A stretch of DNA of 64,000 nt from the human T2T-CHM13v2.0 reference genome, Homo sapiens: the NCBI RefSeq assembly GCF_009914755.1, contig NC_060947.1; one strand, 5' to 3'. Of the stretch, positions 55,125 to 64,000 are shown piece after piece. Below the pieces are notes generated by a model. It saw only the letters and a program-made list of their open reading frames with translations. It did not search any database and was not told the origin of the DNA. The translations under genes and the position numbers were made by a program. Numbering within the stretch: position 1 is the stretch's first letter; the number at the start of each line of letters is the position of its first letter.

Positions 55125-56020
55125 TATATACATATATGATGTATATTCATATATATGATTGTATATGTTATATATGTGATATAATTATGTATTAGATAGC
55201 ATATATAATAACTATTATATAATTAGTATAATATATTAATTATATAATTACTAATTATGTTGCATATGATTTATTATATATTATATATACTTCATAGTTT
55301 ACTAACAATACATATTTTATATTAATATGTATAATATATTAATAATACAATATTATGTTAATATATAAAGTATATATAACATACATTATATTAATAATAT
55401 AATAGACTATATTAAATACTATAATACAGTTATAATATTTAATATAGTCTATTAAATATTATGTTAGTATAATGTTATAATATGTAAGTATAAGTATAAT
55501 AATGTAAGTATGTTATAATATTGAATATAATATATAATACATTATACTAAAAGATATAATGTATCATTAATAAATTATAAATTTTACATTATAATATATA
55601 ATTCATAATAAATCATATATTGTATTAAATAATATAATATATCATATAATATAATATATAATGTATATTATAGTAAACATTGTATTTATTATATAATGTA
55701 ATATTATATTATATATTACATATAATATGTAATGATATATAATTTATACATTGTTCATATATGTCATTAATATGCATATGAATATATAATATATTAAATA
55801 TTATAATAAAATGTTTATATAATGCATACTATAATATATTATGAGGTACATATTATATATTATGTATGAATATAATAAAATATGTGACTATATTTTATAT
55901 TATATATATGTATTATAATATATATGAAGATATACATAAAAACCTAATATTTTATAATAATGTATAATATATAATATGTTATATTATATTTTCATATACA
56001 TGTATATTTATATACATAAA
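55125..56020. repeat. TA-rich low-complexity tract of about 0.9 kb
   Basis: Direct composition. Confidence 0.93.
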
Positions 56021-56786
56021 ATTTCCAAAAGGACTAAAACAATGTGATCTCAATTTTTTTCTCCCCTTCCCATGTTAAATAAATCAGAGAGATTAATAAC
56101 TTGCTAGCTACATACCAGGCGCCAAGAAGGGGCACATTAATATAATGGTATAAGACTTGGGGGAAAATTGAAGTACAGGTTTTCCTTTAACCTTGGTCTT
56201 ATCCTTACTTAATTATCACGCAACACCACTTCAAGGAAACCCTGCAGCTCGATAAACTTGAGTGTGAATTAGAAAAAGGCATCCGGTGCTCTGGGCAGAC
56301 ATAACTCTAGTCTGGGAAACCAAGATTAGTAAACACAGTAAAGCTAGATTTCATTCTGCACTGACTCCCTTGGCCAGAAACTCCTTTGAAAATAACAACC
56401 TCCTAAAAGGATGTGTGGCCCTCCCCTCATATCACTTGCATGTTCTGAGGTTAATAAAAATTCACCTGTGTGCTAAAACTGTTAACAGAAAAATTAGACT
56501 TTGTAAAATATTTTAAAGAAGTTTATTCTGAACCAAATGAGTGACCATCATCCAGGAACCCAGTTTCTGGAACTCCTGAGAAAGTGCACCCAAGGTGGTC
56601 AGATTATAGTTTGGCTTTACATATTTTAGGGAGTCAAGAGTTAAAAATAAAGACAGTTATCAGTACGTGGAAGGTATACATTGGTTTTGCTTACAAAGTT
56701 GGAATATCTTGAAGTAGGGCCTTGCAGGTTATGGATGGGTTCAGAGATTCTTATTTTTTTTAGAATATTTTTTAGAATATTTTTAG

Positions 56787-56987
<201 letters not shown>

Positions 56988-57119
56988 TAAAGCTTTGTCT
57001 AAAAATTTGGAGTCAGCAGAAAGGAATGTTTAAGATAAGGAAGTCTGTTAACCAGTATACAATGGGTCAGAGTGACCTGCAGAGATGCAAGACTTAATGC
57101 TTGCCTGGCACAGCCTTAG

Positions 57120-57494
<375 letters not shown>

Positions 57495-58280
57495 TTGTTT
57501 CTATTTTATTTTAGCACAAACCCCCGTCAGTTGTTGTGCCTAAACTCCAAATGGGAGGGGTATAATGAGTTGTGTCCCACCTCCATTCCTGTCATGGCCA
57601 GGTATTTAGTTTTTCAGGTTTCTCTGGGGACCCCGGAGACCAGAGAAGATCTGTTGAGTTGTTTGGAGAGCTTAGGATTTTCGTTTTGGTTTACAAGACC
57701 AAGCAAAGTCACAGGATCCTAGAAGTAAGCAGAGAGTTCCTGGTTCAAATGAATGGAGATCAAGGGTCAAGGAAGAGTGTCAGGGTCTGTCCCCATAATG
57801 GCACCCATGGTGAAGGTGCATCAGTCAGGATGTAGCACAGAGAAAGACAGTGAACAGAACCTGTTAGGGGCATTAATTCAGAAGTCTAGCATAGCACATA
57901 GCTCCCAGGTAGACAAAGTGCAACGACAAAGACCAGGATAATCCAACATGGCACCCAATGAACCATCTCTCCTTTATATCCAAGAGCCTAAAGTCTCTCC
58001 TTCACATCTTAGAGAGAGAAACAAGAGACAGAAAACAGAGAGTCTTGAGACTTCTTTCCAAGAAATGTTGCCCAACACTGCAAACAAACAAACAAAAACT
58101 ATTCACAGCGTTGAATGAGACTGAGTTTAAACCCACGTCAAAGAGAGAGTTGATTTGTTTTTCTCTACTAGCCAGCAGGTTAGGACATAAGAGGAAAAGC
58201 AAATTAATTCCAGAGTAAATAAATTACATTGCTTTCTACCCATCCAGGTAGCACTGTAAATAATTTTTTGAGCTTATTTT

Positions 58281-58947
58281 TGTGAACCCAAAGGTATCTG
58301 AGAGAGGTCTTAATCAATTTGGAAAGCTAATTTTGCCAAGGTTAAGGACGTGCGCATGACTCAGCCTCAGTAAGTCCTGATGACAAGTGCTCAAGGTGGT
58401 CGGGGCTCAGTGTGGTTTTATACATTTTAGGTAGACATGAGACATCAATCAGTATGTGTAAGATGTACATTGGTTTGGTCCAGAAAGGCGGGAAAACTTG
58501 AATCGGGACTTCCAGGTCGTAGGTAGATAAGAGACAAAAGGTTACATTCTTTTGAATCCTTCATTGTCTTTTCACTGAATACACGTGTTAGTTGGACTCA
58601 GTGAATCTGCGTTTTTACAGTAACAATAGGGCAGAGGAAGCCATCAGATATGCATTTGTCTCAGGTGAGCCTTAGAGGGATGACTTTCTGTCCAGTGCCT
58701 GCGAAGATAAGCTATCAGTTTACATTGCCAGGGTGAAATTCAACAGAGCTGTTTTAGGGTGAAGATATTGAGGCCCACAAGGAATTTCCATGTGGGAAAA
58801 TTGTGACGGAGGTATGTAGCTTTTCTATCTTTATAGCTGCCTTATTTAGGAATAAAATGGCAGGCAAGTGTGCCTCATGTAGTTCCTAGCTTCACTTTTC
58901 CCTTGGCTTGGTGATTTGGGGGTTCCAAGATTTATTTTCCTTTCACA
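58281..58947 (-). mobile_element. MER4A-type ERV1 solo LTR
   Basis: tgtgaaccc...ccaagatttattttcctttcaca. Confidence 0.9.
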
Positions 58948-59727
58948 TATGTTATATTATGTCATGGATATAGTATGCCGAAGCATTAACAGAGATGTGT
59001 AGTCAAACAGCTATAAGAATAAATGTCTGATCTTTGCCCATCTTCTTTGTAGTTTGACATGTGGGAATTATCAGGATAACAAGGAAAGAGTGTATACTTA
59101 ATTGCAAGAAAAGAGATGTGTCAAGGTGGGGAAGAAAGGTCAGCAGAGGACTGGATGTGGTGGGAGAACTCAAATGTCAAGCCTTATTCCAGAGAGATGA
59201 CCTTTCTCATGTGCTGGGACCAGTCACAACTGTCCTTCCTCCTCTGCCTCCCAACACTGCCTCTCATGATTTACAAGAAGTTTGTGTAACAACTGACGTT
59301 ATTTCACAGAACCTTCAGTCCCAGAGGGGGATTCATTTGTTAATGTATCTCTACCAGGCAGAACAAAATAATTAAATCCTTTCCACTGGCATTGATGAAG
59401 CTCCCTGTGGGGGAATTGATAAAGTTTACAGGCAGAAACAGAAGTTGCAGCTCAATAAGAGGCAGGGAGCCTCACTGATCTTTCCAGGATCAAGTGATGG
59501 GGACCCCAGAAAGATCATCTTATTATCTACAAATTGAAGACATTGAGCCTTTCCTCTCTTCTCTCTCTCTCCATGAATCCTAAACTACACACAATTTCAC
59601 AACTCCAGAATCTGTACTTTATGGAAATGTGTGAAGAAATCTTAAATGAGAGAAAAATACATATCACATCTTCAAAAATAATTTTATTTCAAGGCAAATA
59701 ATGTAAAATGTCACTTTACATTGAATA

Positions 59728-59826
59728 TATTAGTAGTTCAGTTTAGGGGGAGTCAAAAGTTACATGCAGATTTTTACAGTGAAGGGATCAATGCCCCGAA
59801 TCTCCACATTGCTCAAGGATTGACTA
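59728..59826 (+). mobile_element. Tigger2/MER8 terminal fragment
   Basis: gggggagtcaaaagttacatgcagattttt, similar to 3235-3320. Confidence 0.7.
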
Positions 59827-60484
59827 TACTGTGGACACTGGATGAAACACACGTCTGAAGTCAAAAGAGAAGGTGACATAGAAGTTGGATGAGATTTCCT
59901 GTTTTCTTATCTTCCTCTTCCGCACTGGAAGCCATGGTTATTTTGTTGAAGTTAAATGTTCTAAAGAGTGGATTTTGGAACCTTAGAATGGTAAAACAAA
60001 TGTCAGGGCGGAGGTAATTTTCGGTACCTGAACTCTAGCAGTATTATTCAAAATATTACAACTGCTTAAACTCTGTGGCCTTTAAAATCATCACCTGTGA
60101 CGGAGGGCTGGGAAGCTTATATTTAAAACCTGGGTTTATACTGTTCAAACTCTAATACAGAGGCATTTAAAATAACTACAATCATAGTAAGAGTCATTCT
60201 GGCTCAATTGTACTTACCATCTCCAAGTTTTTAAATAGTAATGATGAATAGCAATATAAGAATCAATTAATTGAAATCTGACACACTTAAACACATGTCC
60301 TATTTCTTTTTTCTCTTTCTGGATAGCTATTGTCTATCCTCTTTTTATAGATATATTTTCCCTTTGATAGGAAATAATTAAATTATGCAAAAATATCTTA
60401 ATTGGTTCCAAGGGAATAAGCAACACGTGCATCTAATGAAAAAAAAAAGTAAATTTCTTATTGTGTATAGTATACTTTATTACA

Positions 60485-60578
60485 GAGAAAGAGGAGGAAG
60501 AGGAGGAGGAAGATGAAGGAGGAAGGAGAAGGAGGAGGAGGAAAAAGAGGAGGAGAAGGAGGAAGGAGGAGAAGAAGT
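60485..60578. repeat. (GGA)n/GA-rich polypurine tract
   Basis: Direct composition. Confidence 0.9.
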
Positions 60579-62772
60579 GCTTAAAGTTTTAGCATTACAT
60601 CAGGGAAAACAGCAAGAGATAAAATTGATTCTGCCAGCTTTGAAGTTTCATAGGATATTTTATAATAAAGGATAAGAGAGGCAGCTTTGTTTGCATCAAA
60701 TGACTGGAGTACTACCTTTCAGGAGTTAAAGTTCATCTGTGTAATTAAATCAACAGCAATCAGAACAGCCTCTTTGTGGAAAGGTCAGGCATCATTCCAA
60801 AAGGCGGAACTCACAAGCACATAGAAAAAACAATAATGAATTGCCATAACATGAGGCATTCCTCCCCTACTTAACACTCCAACAGCATAGCTAGACATTT
60901 AGATAGGAAAGTTCCAGCTAAGGTTTATATGAGGAGATGTAGGACATATTGGAACATTATTCAACATATTCAACATCGGGACGTATTCAACATAATGGGA
61001 CATTATTCAACAATGATAATATTTCATCTTCTCTTTCTTGTTTTGGAACTGATAGTTTTATGTTCTTTTGTTTTTGTTTTTTGTTTTTTGGTGGGTTTTT
61101 TTTAAAACAAATCTAACGATTCTCTTATTGGTCTCTGGAAGAGAATGCTTCTCAGAGACTATAGTGGTAATAAAGTCAGTCAAAATAGGAGGATGTATGT
61201 TTAAAATTTAAAAACATATCAAATTGATGTTACATCATTAAGCCTTATGTAATAACTATTAAAAAATAAACCATGCAAAAAATTATTTTTTTGTTTACCA
61301 TAGAAATCCTATATTCTGAATGTAAAATAGTGTTATTATTTAAATCAAGTTACTAATTATATCTATATTAGAAATTATTTTCTGGTTATTTCTTTTAGCC
61401 CATAAGAAGAGAAGGAAGAAAACAATATGATTTTCTTAACGAGAGAAAGTTCCAGTGGAAATTATTCAAAATGCTAAGGCTGTTCACACGCATCAAAATC
61501 AACTGAAGAAACAAAGATCAACATCAGCAGATTAATATTGTATATACAACTGTAAGTATGTTTTTAGAAGAAAAACATTTTTAGGACAAGAATTATGCAC
61601 CTAATTATTGAATTAAGTAGAGTGGTCCTGTAGATGATTTAGGAAAGTTGAAAATTTTAAATGTACAAGTAAGCAAATAAACGAAGACCTCCTTCCAGCA
61701 AAACACACCAATTCTCAGTCAAATGCTATACGAACAGAATGAAATCAATCAATCTGCAGTTGCATTTTTTAAACATAAAATGCAATCCTAAATAAGTGGT
61801 TTTCAACATTAGGTACACCGAAGGTGGCTTCCAAATATTCAAGGTATTTGCCCTAACAGAACTAATATCCATGAAATTAAAGTGCTTGTATTTTTATTTT
61901 TATTTTCATCCCTAACTAAGGGATCTCTATTGTTCCTCTCCACTTTAGTCACACTTACTTTCTTTTTATCAGTTTTGTACCAAAGACAAGGAAGAAGCTA
62001 ATTAAATGGCTTTAAGGACATTAATAAAAATAATCCTCAGAACAAACTATTTTTAAGAGCTGCTAAACTAAATTACTTAGTTACATGGGAATACAAAGTT
62101 ATCTTAGTTTCTTGGTGGTCTTATATTCAGTCGTGTGTAGCCTAGCTGAAGATGAACTTGGAATGTGAGTACTCATCCATGAGGGAAGCAAGGCACCCTG
62201 AATGGTTTCCAAGTTCAGTCTTCATGCTTTTTAATAGAACTTGAACTTTACAAAACCAAAGGAAGGTTGAGCTTCTATCTCCAGTCACTTTACTTTTCAC
62301 TGAGTGATCACTATCCAACTATTAATTTCCTGGCAGTGCTGTGATAAAACATTCCATCCTATATTCACGGCTCACATCAGGGAAAAATATATTTTTAAAG
62401 ATATTATTGACACCTTCTGCAAATTTCCAGGGGATTTTACTCTTGGCGGCGTACTTTTATGGATTTATCAACACAGTTTTTATATAGTTGGAATAGTTGA
62501 ATCTTACAAAGTAGAGAATAAATTATTCCTATACCAGCAATAACAATATGTAATTTGCAAAAGATACAATTTATATTAACATTATCAAAAGATATAATTT
62601 ATATTAACACCAAATATATTGCTAACTGTATATATTAGTATGAAGCTATATATAAGTATTAAAACCTAGTATTTATAATGTATGTGTATATGTGCTTGGG
62701 TATACATATTGAGCATGTGTGTGTGCATATGAAAGCATGCATGTATATGTGTGTGCCTATAAAATACAGCTA

Positions 62773-63125
<353 letters not shown>

Positions 63126-63596
63126 CTATATTGTGTGGCATTGGAAAAATTAAATATGGCAAAAGTATGAAGTAGTCATGTTTAAGAAAATCCTCCATCT
63201 TTAACATAATTGTAAATCCCAAGTACGTGCTATCAGATTCCCTACAGATTTCCCTGTGGAACTTACAGAACATATTCTCTCACATAATAAAGACCAGTGC
63301 CTTCTAAGGCACGGTGTAGATTTTGTTGCATTATTTAAAATGCTAAAATCTACATGTCGCTGGATTTACAACTTGAGGCCAAACACGATCCAATTTCTAT
63401 TAAGCAGACACATCCTTGTAAGATGTGAAAACCTCTGGGAAAACAATTGCATTTGAAATTCTTGCTTCTGCTGGCTGGCGTGGTTAGGAGTGAGTTCAGT
63501 TTTTCTGCAACAATTATAGTGCATATTTTTACAATTGCCTTGTTTGTAGCTATTGAGTGGTAGAACAGGGAGTGGAGTGTGGCATACATTTGAATC

Positions 63597-63955
63597 TGCC
63601 TATGGGTTTGAGTGTTTGTGTCCCCCTAGATTTGTATGTTGGAACCTAATCTTCAAGGTATTAGGAGGTGGGAAATGTGGGGGGTAATGACGTCATGAGG
63701 GTGAAGCCCTTGTGAATGGGATTAGTGCCTTATTTAAAAACACCCCCTAGAGCTCCCTCGTCCCTTTCACCATGGGAGGACACAGTGGGAAGGCACCATC
63801 TATGAACTAGGAAGTGGGTCCTCACCAGACACTGAATTTGCCACGCCTTAATCTTCAACTTCTGGCCGTCAGAACTGTGAGCAGTAAATGTCTGTTGTTT
63901 ATAAACCATTCAGTTTATGATGTTTTTGTTATTGCAGCCTGAAGGGACTGAGACA
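63597..63955 (+). mobile_element. MLT1A0-type MaLR solo LTR
   Basis: gtgtttgtgtcccc...catgagggtgaagccc...ggactgagaca. Confidence 0.9.
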
Positions 63956-64000
63956 TATGGGGTCCATCTATGTCAACTAGAGGACATACCTCTCAGAATT

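Overview
Primate (human-like) non-coding genomic DNA. It is AT-rich and dominated by interspersed repeats: about 25 Alus (J, S, Y), old L1M and L2 fragments, many solo LTRs (MaLR THE1/MST/MLT1, MLT2A, MER4, MER57, LTR1/MER52-group, LTR8, LTR26-like, LTR47-like, MER68-like), Tigger/MER DNA transposons and three long TA-rich tracts. No protein-coding gene, structural RNA gene or CRISPR array is supported; the listed ORFs are repeat-derived or chance ORFs. I found no convincing new gene system. The most unusual pattern is three short (58-83 bp) segments copied about 1.1-1.3 kb from a local donor, two of them beside or inside TA-rich tracts, which look like templated repair insertions. Other points of interest are a collapsed inverted-Alu hairpin, monomerised Alus, nested insertions with intact target-site duplications (TSDs), DUX4-type LTR sites and a candidate non-coding exon. 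Repeat family names come from recalled consensus sequences and need RepeatMasker/Dfam confirmation; boundaries are approximate unless TSDs are given.
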